A DNA stretch of 64,000 nt from Opitutales bacterium. GTDB taxonomy: Bacteria; Verrucomicrobiota; Verrucomicrobiia; Opitutales; UBA2987. The first letter of the stretch is position 1. Every line of letters starts with the position of its first letter. The translations under genes and the position numbers were made by a program. The notes under the pieces were generated by a model that saw only the letters and a list, made by a program, of their open reading frames with translations, was not told the origin of the DNA and made no database searches. Location: the NCBI GenBank assembly GCA_021772535.1, contig JAJFLV010000234.1, positions 8,483 to 72,482 of the forward strand. Reading direction: 5' to 3'. Of the stretch, positions 1 to 9,770 are shown one piece after another.

Positions 1-3000
1 AACCATCCGGGAGGCTAATCGAATTGAGAGCAATTTCGGGGAAAGAGAGCTCTAATTCGTCGATGCTCATGCCGGTGCCGGCATTGAATTCCTCACCGGT
101 GGCCACCGTGTCTTCGCCATCCTGGAGGGGAGCTTCCAGAATTACGGTGCCGGAAATAAAGGTGAATGTATAGAAATCCCCCGGATCGAGCTGAACCTGG
201 ACACCGGCCCAAATTCCCGCGCCCACGGGAGCCGCCAGCCGGGCCTGGGTAATGATTTCGTCACCCTTCTTTATCTGGATTACAGGGGTGCCCATATAGG
301 CAAAACTGACGAAGGTCGGCTTATCGATAAATACCGTGCTTGAAAGATTGGAAGATTGTCCTTCCAACAGGGAGGCGGGTGAATTTATCGCATCCACCCC
401 GTCGAGAGTTTCCTCACTCTGCCCTGTCCAAGGCGCGCAGGTGGGACCGTCCTGCACCCAGCGCAATTCCGGAACATCGATCGCTTCCCCGATATCGATT
501 CCTGTAACGAATACATCCAGGTTGGTGTTGAATGTGGTATTGTTATTCTCATTCGATTCAGCCACTACCCCGGTGGTATCGGCCAAAACGTTAACATTTC
601 CACAAACGGTTGATATGGGAAAATCTTCCTGCACGGTGATGGAGAGTTGGATGAACCGGCGTTCACCGATGGCGAGTCCCTCGGTATAATTGAAGGAGGT
701 GAATTCATCGTTATTGAGGACAACCTGCATGCGAACCGGGTCCCCTCCTTCATTCACACTGGGAATGCTTTGCAACCCGTTATTGATCATATCGAAGGAA
801 AGGAGGATACTTTCTCCGAAGGAGAATTGGCCATTGGTGTAGGTAAAGTTATCGAGATCGATATCGGGCCGGGTTTCCACCACGATATTAGCTTGGTCGG
901 ATATGAGGATATTGTTGTTTTCATCCAACTCGGTGAAGTTACCCACCGGTTTGCTGGCGGTCGGCGGATCGATGCGCAGACCGAGGAAGTAGTTGGCGGA
1001 GGCCGGCACAACGGTGCCCGCCCGGTTCGTTTCGGGGATGGGGATTATGCTCCTGTAAACGAACTGGTTGCTCTCGTCCAGCGGTTCGGCAATGAGGAAA
1101 GAGCCCAGCAAAATATCATCGCCGTTGCCGATTTCCTGGTCGATGGTGAGGACTGCCTCAACTTCCAGGGTGTCCGATGGAATGGGCAGCAGGTCGCCCC
1201 CGATATTGATGCCGATGGCATTGAAATCGAAGCTGTCGCGCTGCACCACAAAAGTGCCCGGTTGAAAATCCGCTGAGGATATTACAAAATCGGGATTCTG
1301 CAGGGTGGTACCGCTGGCCGCGTTGATCTCGATGGTATCGACCCACCCCGTATCGAGCAGTTTGGAGGTATTGGGATCTTTCCGGTAAGTCCAGCGGAAG
1401 GTATAGCTGCCAGGATCGAGAACCTCGACTACCTCAACGAAGGCCCCCGGATCGCCGGAGATCGATTCCGTCTCTTCGCCGTTGATGCTGAAGATGAGGA
1501 AATCGAAGCCATCTTCGGAGGAAACATTCCAGTGGAAGCTGAGTTCGAACCGCTCACTCTGGAATACGGATATCTCAAAGAAACTTTCCTCGCCGTCACC
1601 GATAGCACCGCTTTGCCCGGCGGCGGTGCCGCCTTCGACCTGGGAAGTCTGCGCAAACCAGGAGGAGACTCCGCCGAGAATGGTGGTGATGCCGATCGGA
1701 TTGGCCGGGCTATGGTCCTCCAGGGCATTCGCCAAGTCAGTGCCAAGAATGGTGATGTCGGCGAAATCGGAAAAGAGGGTGTTGTTGGTTTCATCGATTT
1801 CCGGGATTTCGCTGGCGAAATCCACCCGCACGGCCAGGAAATAATCGCCCGCCGGGGTGTCATCCGGAATAAAGGCATTGAAGCCGGTGGTCAGAGAGAC
1901 CGAATCGCCCGCACCGAGAACCTGGGCAATAGTGATCTCGGAAACGAGGACGGCGTCGTCAAGGTTGCCGAAGATGCGGTCCTTGGACAAACGCACCTGA
2001 ATGGCTGTTCCGCCCGGGGCGTCAAATAGACTGGTGTTCTCGATGGTGATGTTGTTGATAACGATTGCCTCGCCCCGATCATAGTCGAGATCATCCGTAT
2101 TGTCGGGATCGTAATCCACACCGCTAACAATCGGAGCGACCTGCAGATCCGTCAGCAGGTCAAAAGTCCGGATGGAGAATATGGTATTGTTGGATTCATC
2201 GGTTTCACCCACCAGGTTGACCGGATCGATGCGGGCGCCGACGATGTAGGTGCCGGACAGAATGGGATCGGGAATGGCCAGACTCTGGCTGTCGCTGGGA
2301 GTGTCCCCAGATAGTATGGGCGCGGTAAAACCGAAGTCATTGCCCGTGCCGAGGATGTGGTCGTCACCATTGCCGATCACATTGTCCGTTGTTAGTACCA
2401 ATTGCACGGTAATATTGTCGGCTCCCCGGTAATTGGCTCCCAGGTTGGCCGCGGTGACCTTGAAACCGGAAGTCGATCCTGGTATCAGGTCGCTGTTGGG
2501 CAATTCGAGATTGGTGATTGTGAAATCGGGATCGATCCGGATGGGATCGGCACTAATGAAAGTATTATTGCTGCTGTCATCTTCGACGATCGTACCGGCT
2601 GAATTGACCCTCAAGGCAAGAAAATAGCTGTCCGAATCGATTGGAGACGGTAATTGCAAAACCTCGTTGTCCACGTTGAGCGAGTTACCGAAACTTACTG
2701 CTGTGCCTGCCGTAATGGAGCCCAATGTCAGGTCGTCGCCATTGCCAAAGGTACCATCCACGGAAAGGACAACATCCACTACGATGGGAAAACCGCCGCC
2801 CAGATCGAAATAATCAGCACCCTGATTGGTCACATTGAAACTGAGGAGGATTTCCGCTTCCGGGAGAACCGGGTCTGGCGGGCTTATGGCCACGTTTTCA
2901 ATGAGAAAGTCCGGATTGAAGCTGACGACATTGGCGGGAGCGCCAAAATCCATGATAAAGACGTTGTTGTTCTCGTCCTGTTCGGCCACCAGGTTTTCCG

Positions 3001-6000
3001 GATCGATACGGAACATAAATACGTAATTTCCCTGTTCCAACGAAGCTGGCAAAGTAAAGGATTCACCCACCAGCGGTAAGGTCCCACCTGCATCGATTCC
3101 TACCGTCAAAGTAGAGGAACCGACGAAAATGTCGTCGCCATCCCCGAATATCGCGTTGCGGGTCAAAAATACCTCAATTTCCACCGGTGTGGCGCTGTCC
3201 GGCAGATCGTCACCGAAGTTGCGAACATTGATATCCAGTGTGGCATTTTCCTGTGGGCGCGCCACAGGAACGGATATTGTGGCTGAACCGACCGCCAGGT
3301 CCGGAAAGCCGAGGGCTTCGAAGGTGCCCGACGCAAAGAGCGAGTTATTGATCGTTTCCTCGATTTCGTTGACCGCATCGGCCGGATCGACAAAAGCACC
3401 CACCCGGAAGAATCCCGGAACGGTGGCACCGTCGATGGTAAAACTGCCAATCAATACAATGCTTTCGCCCGCACCAAGGATTCCCGGAATTTGCACGTTG
3501 GCCAACAAGGCGTCGGCCGGATCGTCAAAAACCAGATCAGGAGAAAGGCGCAAATCGACATCCACCGGAGGAGCCGCTGGCGCCGGAACATGGTCCTCAT
3601 TGCTTACATTGGTCACAGTTACAGTGAAATTGACAGGTTCAATGGGTGAGAATTTCAGGTCCGGCTTGTCGATTAAAAGTTGAGTCAGCTCGAAATCGGG
3701 CGGCGTGGGTGGTATGGCTACCGGTGCAATGGTCAATGAATCCACCCAGGCAGTGTCCTGATTGGCTTTCAATGCAAAATCTTTCGAGTATGTCCAGCGA
3801 AGAGCGTAGCTGCCTGCTGCTAATCGCGTGCTCGCGGGTAAAAATGCCGTAACGTCACCGCTGATGGGCGAAATTCCATCGACCGGATCGCCGTTGACGG
3901 TAAAACTGAGGAAATCGAAACCGGCTTCAGATGAAACCCTCCAGAAAAAACTTACATCGGACTCTTCGTCGATCGTGACGAGGACCTCAAAGAAAGCCTC
4001 TTCTTCGTCTCCAACCTGGCCGCTCTGGGCTCCGGCTCCCGTTTCAAACACATCCGTCTGCCCGAACCAGGCGGAAACGCCACCGATGGCAGGAACAAAA
4101 TTGCGCCGGACGCCAACGGCCAAATGATCTTCGAGAGCTTCGGCCAGGGAAACACCGGTAACCTCGAGATCTGGCAGCGCGGTGAAGAAAATGTTATTGT
4201 CATCATCCGCTTCATTAATTGCGGCAAACGGATCGACAAAGGCTCCAAGGAAATAATCGCCAATGGGTGTGTTCGAGGGAATGGTAACGTTAAATGCGGG
4301 CAAGGTAACCGTTGGAGCACTGCCTGCGGTGGCTCCTGTAGGACCAAGATCGTCGAGCAAGGTAAAGACCAGATTTTCCTCCAGGACGCTGTCGTCAATA
4401 TTACCCCAGACACGGTCCTCGGAGAGGCGCAATTGAAGAACCACATCCGTGCCGGCGGGCAGGAAAAAGTCCGTGTTGTTGGTAATAGTCAGGTTGGTTA
4501 CTTCGAAAAGAGCCCCACGAGCCAGCGAGCCCGGCAAATCAGCCGAAGACAGCACGGTAACCTCAAGGTCGCTGAAAAGGTCGAATGATTGAGTTGAGAA
4601 AAAGCTATTGTTGAATTCGTCGATTTCGGAAAAACTCCCGGCGCTGTCGATTGTCGCCGCCACCAGATAGGTACCTGCAGTAACACCGGCAGGTACGGTA
4701 TAGGCCTGGCTTCCAATACGAGTCTCCCCATTCAGGATGTCTCCCTCGAAGGTGATGGGAGCCGCCGCCGTGAGGGCAACATCGTCTCCGTTCCCGAGCA
4801 CATCGTCCAGTGTCAGGACAAGGCTTATGACGATGCCCGGATCTCCCACATTCACATCGTGAATGGCGCCGCGGTTAAGGCCGGTAACCTTGAAACCCAA
4901 TGCAGAACCGGGAGTGAATGTGGTCGTCGGAATGAGCAGTTCGGTGATAACAAAATCAGGGAAAATGCGATAGGTAACGGTGGAAAATTGCCCGTTGTTG
5001 TCAGCATCAATTTCCACCAGCGTTCCACTTGGATTTACCCGGAATCCGACAAAATATTGACCGGGCGGAATATCGGCGGGCAGGGCAACGGAACTGTTGG
5101 TGGTAAAGGATTGATCGAAATCGATTCCCTCCGTGCGTGTGACAATGGTAACCGGAACATCCGACGGGTCGTCAAAGTTTGTGTCCAGAGAAAGGATGAT
5201 TTCGGTATCCAGATTTGCAGCTCCGGCTGGCAAATTGGCGGCATTGTTGCGTACGGTGAAACTGAAATCGAGATCATCGCCCGGTACCAGATCCGTGTCG
5301 GGAACGCTGACCGATACCATTTCAAAATCGGGGCTGAATGTGAAAGGTGTCCCTACCGGGGTGAAAAATGTGTTGTTGACCTCGCTGTCTTCCTCAATGG
5401 TTCCGGGGCTGTCCACAATAACAGCAATGCGATAATCCCCAAAGTCGATATCGTCGGGGAAGGTGAAATCCTGTGGAGTGGAGGATATCGAAGTGCCGCT
5501 GGGAATGGGGACATTCCGATTGAAGCTACCGACAACTATGTCGTCCGCATTGCCAACTACTTCATCGGCGGTCAATCGCACTTCGGTGGTCATGGTTGGC
5601 GCGCCTGAGGTCAGGTCATCTCCCGGATTGCCGATTATCGACTCGATGGTGACACCGCCCCCCGGACGCGGATCGATTGATTGCACATCCACATTGAGAA
5701 CAACAAGATCGGGGAACGAGAGAACCTCAAACAAGTCGTCTGAGAAGGCAGTATTGTTGGAATCGACTTCCAGTGGGACCAAACCATCAGGATCCACTTT
5801 GAATGCGATAAAAAAGTTGCCCTTGGGAGCCGATGGAGAGATTTGAAAACTGCCATCGACGACCGCGGAAACCCCAGAGCTAAGGTTGCTGCCGAACTCG
5901 ACCGTCCCGATCAATGAATCGCCCGCATCGAAAGTGAGATTGTCAGATGAAAGACGGATTTCGATAACAACAGGGCTTGGACCCGCCACAAAATCGGCGC

Positions 6001-9000
6001 CCAGGTTGCGCAAAGAAATCTGAAAATCGACGACCTCTACGGGGGAAAGCTGAAATCCTGTTTTATCAATGAAAATATTCTCCAAAATAAAATCGGGCGC
6101 TCCCGCCACAACCCCGATAGGGTTGATTTCGAACGAATCCACATATCCTGTATCCGCCCCTTGGGAAGTGCTGCCGTCCTTGGAATAAGTAAAGCGCAGG
6201 AGATGGGTCCCGATGGGCAAAACCGTCCGCTCATCGATCCAGCCGCCGCCTTGTCCGGAAATAGCCTCAATGCCGACAACTTCCGATCCATTCACGGTGA
6301 AGCTCAGTTTATCAAAACTCGCTTCGGAATCGACCATCCAGGAAAAAACTACCTCGGATTCGGCCAGGACGGATACCTGCAATTCAAAAAAGGATTCCTC
6401 GCCGTCGACGATTGGACCGGCTTGACCTGCAGCGGCTCCGCCGTCAGCTGGATTGAAAACCAGATCCTGTCCGTACCATGATGAATTCCCCCCGAGAATA
6501 GGTGTAAAATTCTTCTGATCTACAGGGGCCAGATGGTCCTCGATTGCATCACTCAAACTGGAGGCGGTTACTAAAACATCATCATCTGCGGAGAAAAAGA
6601 TATTGTTGTCCTCATCGGCCTCCGAAATGGTGTTGTCCAAATCAACCCTTGCCGCTACATGGTAGTTTCCAGTCGGTGTGTGTGCCGGAATGGTAAGATT
6701 GAAGGGATCTCCTCCTCCCGCGGCAACTACGTCCAATGTACCGCCAGCAGGGAAATCGGCAGGTAATGAAAACGAATAATCGGTGATCAGCAAAATATCG
6801 TTAATATCGCCATAAAAGCGATCCAGAGATAATCGCACTTCTAGAGTAACATTGGTTCCCGCCGGAAGGTCAAAAGCCCCATTGTTGGTCAGGGTCAGGT
6901 CGCTGAAATCGAAGGCCGCCTCTCGGTTAATACCGGCGGGGGCAGGAGTAAAGGTGAATGCCGTGATTTCGAGATCGCTCTGCAACTCAAATGTCTGATT
7001 TGAAAATACGATATTGTTATCATCATCAATTTCCGGGGAAACATCCGAGGAGTCGACAAAAGTGGCCACCTTATAAATGCCTGCCTTTACGGAGGAAGGA
7101 ACGATGTATCCAAGGCTATCGGTAAAAGACTCACCGGGGGCAAGATCGCCCGATTTTTGAATCACCCCCTGCAAAACAACATCGTCGGTATTGCCAAAGA
7201 CATCATCCTGGGAAAGGTTTATGGCTATTTCCAATGGGGGGTTGGTCCCGGCGGTATAGGCCCCGCCCACATTTTGGCCGGTAACCTTAAACCCAACCAC
7301 AGAATTGGGAATAAAACCAGTGGATGGAATCAATACCTCCGTCACCACAAAATCAGGGAAAAAGCGGAATTCCCGGCTGGCTACAATATTGTTGTTGCCG
7401 GTTGAAATCTCACTGACAGCGTTGTTACTGTTCACCCGAAAACGGGCAGAATAAAGGCCGGAAGGAACATTGGGTATTATCAGGGAATCGGATCGGGTTA
7501 TGCTTGCCCCGAATAATATTTCTTCATTGAAGGTGGTTACACCCATGAGTGTGTCAACGTCATTTCCGAATCCATCGTCCGTCGATAAAACCACCTCGAC
7601 CACAATAGTGGCTGTTCCTGCTGTATGGTCAGCACCGGAGTTTAATACAGTGTAGGAAAAATCGAGAGTATCACCCGGAAAAAACTGGCCGACAGGTAGC
7701 CCGACAGAGGTAATGGAAAAGTCAGGGCGAAAGGAGAAAAGTTGGTTATCTACAAGGAAATTATTGTTTAAGTCGGTTTCCTCAATCGACTCCGAGGGGT
7801 TTACCTTTGCTATAAAGATATATTGGGCAGCCCGGATGCCGGTGGTGGGCAAGGTCAAATCGCCAGACACCGTCTTAACTTCACCCGAGGCTAATCCGGT
7901 AGATAAATTTAGATTCCCTATGGTCACGTCATCGGTATTGCCCAAGACACCGTCGATAGAAAGCGTAATCTCAATCGGAACCGGGACAGCATCCGCCGGA
8001 TAATTACCGGCCAGGTTGGTTACATCGACATCGAATGTGATAGTTCCCCCCGGTCGCAATTCGGTGAATGCCAGTGAAATATCGTCGATCCGAAAATCCG
8101 ATTCCCCGAAGATTTCAAAGGTATTGGCGGTTATGGCAATATTGTTATCTTCGTTGGCCTCCTCGACAACATCTGTCTCGTCGGCCGAAAAAATGATGAA
8201 ATAAGTATCCTGCTGGGTGGTTAGACTGATAACAAAGGAATCATCGATGGTGACACTGGCCCCCCCGGCCAGGCTGCTGGGAAAATTGACCGTATCAACA
8301 AGTTCATCCCCTAGGTTGAGCGTATTGTCGGTGGACAGAAAGACCCGGATTTGCGCCGGATTTGCCCCCTGCGCAAAATTTGCGATTTCATTCAAGTTAT
8401 TCAAATTGAATGAATAGTTAACCGTTTGCCCCAAAACAAATTCTTGTGTATCGCTGTCGACCACCACGTTGGTGATACTGAAATCTGGACGCATGTCACC
8501 CGGCCCCGGATCGGAAAAGACAATGGGCCCAACCAAGCTGTCAGCCGAACTTCCCGCCGCCGGGGAGCCCAATTGGCCTTTGGTATTTTTACCAACTGAA
8601 AAGATCTCGCTTGAAGTATTACCGGCCAAGGTGTGGCTTTTGCCCGCAGCAATAGCATTCCAACTGGATGCGGATCCAACTTGCTCGGGAACTGCGCGGT
8701 TGGCAATGCCACCCAAGCCAAGCTGCCCGCTGCTGTTCAAACCCCAGGCCCAAAGGGCGCCGCTGTTTCCGCTGCCTCGCAGACCCAGGCTGTGCTTGTC
8801 TCCGGCTGAAATGGCTATCCAGTTTGTTCCGGTTTCTATTTGTTCCGGTACCCGACGCCGGACCGTCAATTGCGGTCCAAGGCCAAGCTGGCCTTCGCGA
8901 TGACGGCCCCAACCCCATAATGTACCGGTGGTTTTCAGGGCCAGGCTGTGGGTGCCTCCAGCTGAAACGGCCGACCAGTCAGTTGCAGTTCCCACCTGGG

Positions 9001-9721
9001 TTGGAGAGAGGATTGTAAAATTGTTGGTTACAATTCCGAGGACATCATTGAGGTTGCTGCCCCAACTCCAAAGTGACCCACTTTGCCCGGTGCCTACCCG
9101 GCGGATGGCAAGGGAATGGAAACCTCCCGCTGAGATGGCCACATAGACCTCTCCCGGAGCGCTTATTTGAACCGGAGAAGTGACAATGTCATCACTGGTG
9201 CCTATGCCCAGTTGACCGAGGGTGTTGCTGCCGAATGCCCATAGGGAACCGTTTGACTTGAGGGCCAGGGTATGCTGCCCACCGGCAGAAATCGCCGTCC
9301 AATTGTTATCGGTTCCGATTCGGGTTAACACATCCACAAAGGAGGTTGAAAGTGGGTCCAACCCGAGACCGAGCTGACCGTTTTCATTGCTGCCCACGCT
9401 CCACAGGGAGCCGTTGTCGCGCAATACGACCGTGTGGCTGTTACCGGCCGAAACCATATTCCAGTCAGTTTCATTGCGGTTGGCAATGGTTGGAGTATTA
9501 CGATTGTCCAGATCTTGCGTGGCCAATTGGCCCTTGCTGTTATCTCCCCACAGCCAGAGGGAGCCGGGCGTGTTGATGGAGGCCGAGTAGTCCGAGCCTG
9601 CGGCCAGCGGGCCGGCAGATACTGGAGCAGGCGCCATTGCCAAAAGGAAAAGGCAAAAGACGGCAACTTGCAGGGAAGACCGGAAGAGTGGCAATTTCTT
9701 TCTGCTACGAATTGAACTCAT
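1..9721 (-). CDS. Giant secreted RCC1-propeller / CARDB-like Ig-repeat surface protein, C-terminus cut by the window edge (>=3240 codons in window). Not present in the supplied ORF track.
   Basis: Hand translation of the minus frame starting at ATG 9721-9719, which is preceded by aaaGGGGaaaatac. The N-terminus reads MSSIRSRKKLPLFRSSLQVAVFCLFLLAMAPAPVSA/GPLAAG, a signal peptide. RCC1 blades follow (LWLWGDNSKGQLA, LWSVGSNENGQLGLG, LWAFGSNTLGQLGIG, LWGWGRHREGQLGLG, LWAWGLNSSGQLGLG). After these come 17 units of about 130 aa, each ending in an acidic-x-NN motif (EANEDNNI, ETDLNNNF, EIDDDNNI, ESNENNNT and others). No minus-strand ORF in the track uses this frame (codon first base = 1 mod 3) anywhere in 1-9721, which fits one open frame with no in-window stop. 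I translated 9721-7560, 6520-6120 and about 4140-1 and saw no stops. Confidence 0.85.
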   Translation of the reverse strand, partial: MSSIRSRKKLPLFRSSLQVAVFCLFLLAMAPAPVSAGPLAAGSDYSASINTPGSLWLWGDNSKGQLATQDLDNRNTPTIANRNETDWNMVSAGNSHTVVLRDNGSLWSVGSNENGQLGLGLDPLSTSFVDVLTRIGTDNNWTAISAGGQHTLALKSNGSLWAFGSNTLGQLGIGTSDDIVTSPVQISAPGEVYVAISAGGFHSLAIRRVGTGQSGSLWSWGSNLNDVLGIVTNNFTILSPTQVGTATDWSAVSAGGTHSLALKTTGTLWGWGRHREGQLGLGPQLTVRRRVPEQIETGTNWIAISAGDKHSLGLRGSGNSGALWAWGLNSSGQLGLGGIANRAVPEQVGSASSWNAIAAGKSHTLAGNTSSEIFSVGKNTKGQLGSPAAGSSADSLVGPIVFSDPGPGDMRPDFSITNVVVDSDTQEFVLGQTVNYSFNLNNLNEIANFAQGANPAQIRVFLSTDNTLNLGDELVDTVNFPSSLAGGASVTIDDSFVISLTTQQDTYFIIFSADETDVVEEANEDNNIAITANTFEIFGESDFRIDDISLAFTELRPGGTITFDVDVTNLAGNYPADAVPVPIEITLSIDGVLGNTDDVTIGNLNLSTGLASGEVKTVSGDLTLPTTGIRAAQYIFIAKVNPSESIEETDLNNNFLVDNQLFSFRPDFSITSVGLPVGQFFPGDTLDFSYTVLNSGADHTAGTATIVVEVVLSTDDGFGNDVDTLMGVTTFNEEILFGASITRSDSLIIPNVPSGLYSARFRVNSNNAVSEISTGNNNIVASREFRFFPDFVVTEVLIPSTGFIPNSVVGFKVTGQNVGGAYTAGTNPPLEIAINLSQDDVFGNTDDVVLQGVIQKSGDLAPGESFTDSLGYIVPSSVKAGIYKVATFVDSSDVSPEIDDDNNIVFSNQTFELQSDLEITAFTFTPAPAGINREAAFDFSDLTLTNNGAFDLPAGTNVTLEVRLSLDRFYGDINDILLITDYSFSLPADFPAGGTLDVVAAGGGDPFNLTIPAHTPTGNYHVAARVDLDNTISEADEDNNIFFSADDDVLVTASSLSDAIEDHLAPVDQKNFTPILGGNSSWYGQDLVFNPADGGAAAGQAGPIVDGEESFFELQVSVLAESEVVFSWMVDSEASFDKLSFTVNGSEVVGIEAISGQGGGWIDERTVLPIGTHLLRFTYSKDGSTSQGADTGYVDSFEINPIGVVAGAPDFILENIFIDKTGFQLSPVEVVDFQISLRNLGADFVAGPSPVVIEIRLSSDNLTFDAGDSLIGTVEFGSNLSSGVSAVVDGSFQISPSAPKGNFFIAFKVDPDGLVPLEVDSNNTAFSDDLFEVLSFPDLVVLNVDVQSIDPRPGGGVTIESIIGNPGDDLTSGAPTMTTEVRLTADEVVGNADDIVVGSFNRNVPIPSGTSISSTPQDFTFPDDIDFGDYRIAVIVDSPGTIEEDSEVNNTFFTPVGTPFTFSPDFEMVSVSVPDTDLVPGDDLDFSFTVRNNAANLPAGAANLDTEIILSLDTNFDDPSDVPVTIVTRTEGIDFDQSFTTNSSVALPADIPPGQYFVGFRVNPSGTLVEIDADNNGQFSTVTYRIFPDFVITELLIPTTTFTPGSALGFKVTGLNRGAIHDVNVGDPGIVISLVLTLDDVLGNGDDVALTAAAPITFEGDILNGETRIGSQAYTVPAGVTAGTYLVAATIDSAGSFSEIDEFNNSFFSTQSFDLFSDLEVTVLSSADLPGSLARGALFEVTNLTITNNTDFFLPAGTDVVLQLRLSEDRVWGNIDDSVLEENLVFTLLDDLGPTGATAGSAPTVTLPAFNVTIPSNTPIGDYFLGAFVDPFAAINEADDDNNIFFTALPDLEVTGVSLAEALEDHLAVGVRRNFVPAIGGVSAWFGQTDVFETGAGAQSGQVGDEEEAFFEVLVTIDEESDVSFFWRVSSEAGFDFLSFTVNGDPVDGISPISGDVTAFLPASTRLAAGSYALRWTYSKDFALKANQDTAWVDSLTIAPVAIPPTPPDFELTQLLIDKPDLKFSPIEPVNFTVTVTNVSNEDHVPAPAAPPVDVDLRLSPDLVFDDPADALLANVQIPGILGAGESIVLIGSFTIDGATVPGFFRVGAFVDPADAVNEIEETINNSLFASGTFEALGFPDLAVGSATISVPVARPQENATLDINVRNFGDDLPDSATPVEIEVFLTRNAIFGDGDDIFVGSSTLTVGIDAGGTLPLVGESFTLPASLEQGNYVFMFRIDPENLVAEQDENNNVFIMDFGAPANVVSFNPDFLIENVAISPPDPVLPEAEILLSFNVTNQGADYFDLGGGFPIVVDVVLSVDGTFGNGDDLTLGSITAGTAVSFGNSLNVDNEVLQLPSPIDSDSYFLALRVNSAGTIVEDDSSNNTFISADPIRIDPDFTITNLELPNSDLIPGSTSGFKVTAANLGANYRGADNITVQLVLTTDNVIGNGDDHILGTGNDFGFTAPILSGDTPSDSQSLAIPDPILSGTYIVGARIDPVNLVGETDESNNTIFSIRTFDLLTDLQVAPIVSGVDYDPDNTDDLDYDRGEAIVINNITIENTSLFDAPGGTAIQVRLSKDRIFGNLDDAVLVSEITIAQVLGAGDSVSLTTGFNAFIPDDTPAGDYFLAVRVDFASEIPEIDETNNTLFSDFADITILGTDLANALEDHSPANPIGITTILGGVSSWFAQTSQVEGGTAAGQSGAIGDGEESFFEISVFQSERFELSFHWNVSSEDGFDFLIFSINGEETESISGDPGAFVEVVEVLDPGSYTFRWTYRKDPNTSKLLDTGWVDTIEINAASGTTLQNPDFVISSADFQPGTFVVQRDSFDFNAIGINIGGDLLPIPSDTLEVEAVLTIDQEIGNGDDILLGSFLIAEPLDESNQFVYRSIIPIPETNRAGTVVPASANYFLGLRIDPPTASKPVGNFTELDENNNILISDQANIVVETRPDIDLDNFTYTNGQFSFGESILLSFDMINNGLQSIPSVNEGGDPVRMQVVLNNDEFTSFNYTEGLAIGERRFIQLSITVQEDFPISTVCGNVNVLADTTGVVAESNENNNTTFNTNLDVFVTGIDIGEAIDVPELRWVQDGPTCAPWTGQSEETLDGVDAINSPASLLEGQSSNLSSTVFIDKPTFVSFAYMGTPVIQIKKGDEIITQARLAAPVGAGIWAGVQVQLDPGDFYTFTFISGTVILEAPLQDGEDTVATGEEFNAGTGMSIDELELSFPEIALNSISLPDG
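1290..8480 (-). repeat. Coding super-repeat in giant protein 2: three copies of [5 CARDB-like units + 1 W-[FY]-[GA]-Q lectin-like module], period 2409 nt
   Basis: The conserved Trp codons of SWYGQ, AWFGQ and SWFAQ have first bases at 6478, 4069 and 1660, so both spacings are exactly 2409 nt (803 codons). Five acidic-NN unit ends lie in each interval: about 8140/7755/7385/7010/6600, then 5750/5370/4990/4600/4190, then 3340/2951/2561/2180/1780. Confidence 0.8.
8530..9613 (-). other. RCC1 beta-propeller region of giant protein 2 (approximate bounds)
   Basis: Repeated W-[GS]-x-N-x-x-G-Q-L-G and S-A-G-x-x-H-[ST]-[LV]-[AV]-L motifs in the hand translation. Confidence 0.75.
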
Positions 9722-9770
9722 GTATTTTCCCCTTTTTCCAAAGATAATGTTTCGAGTAATCGGAATTATA

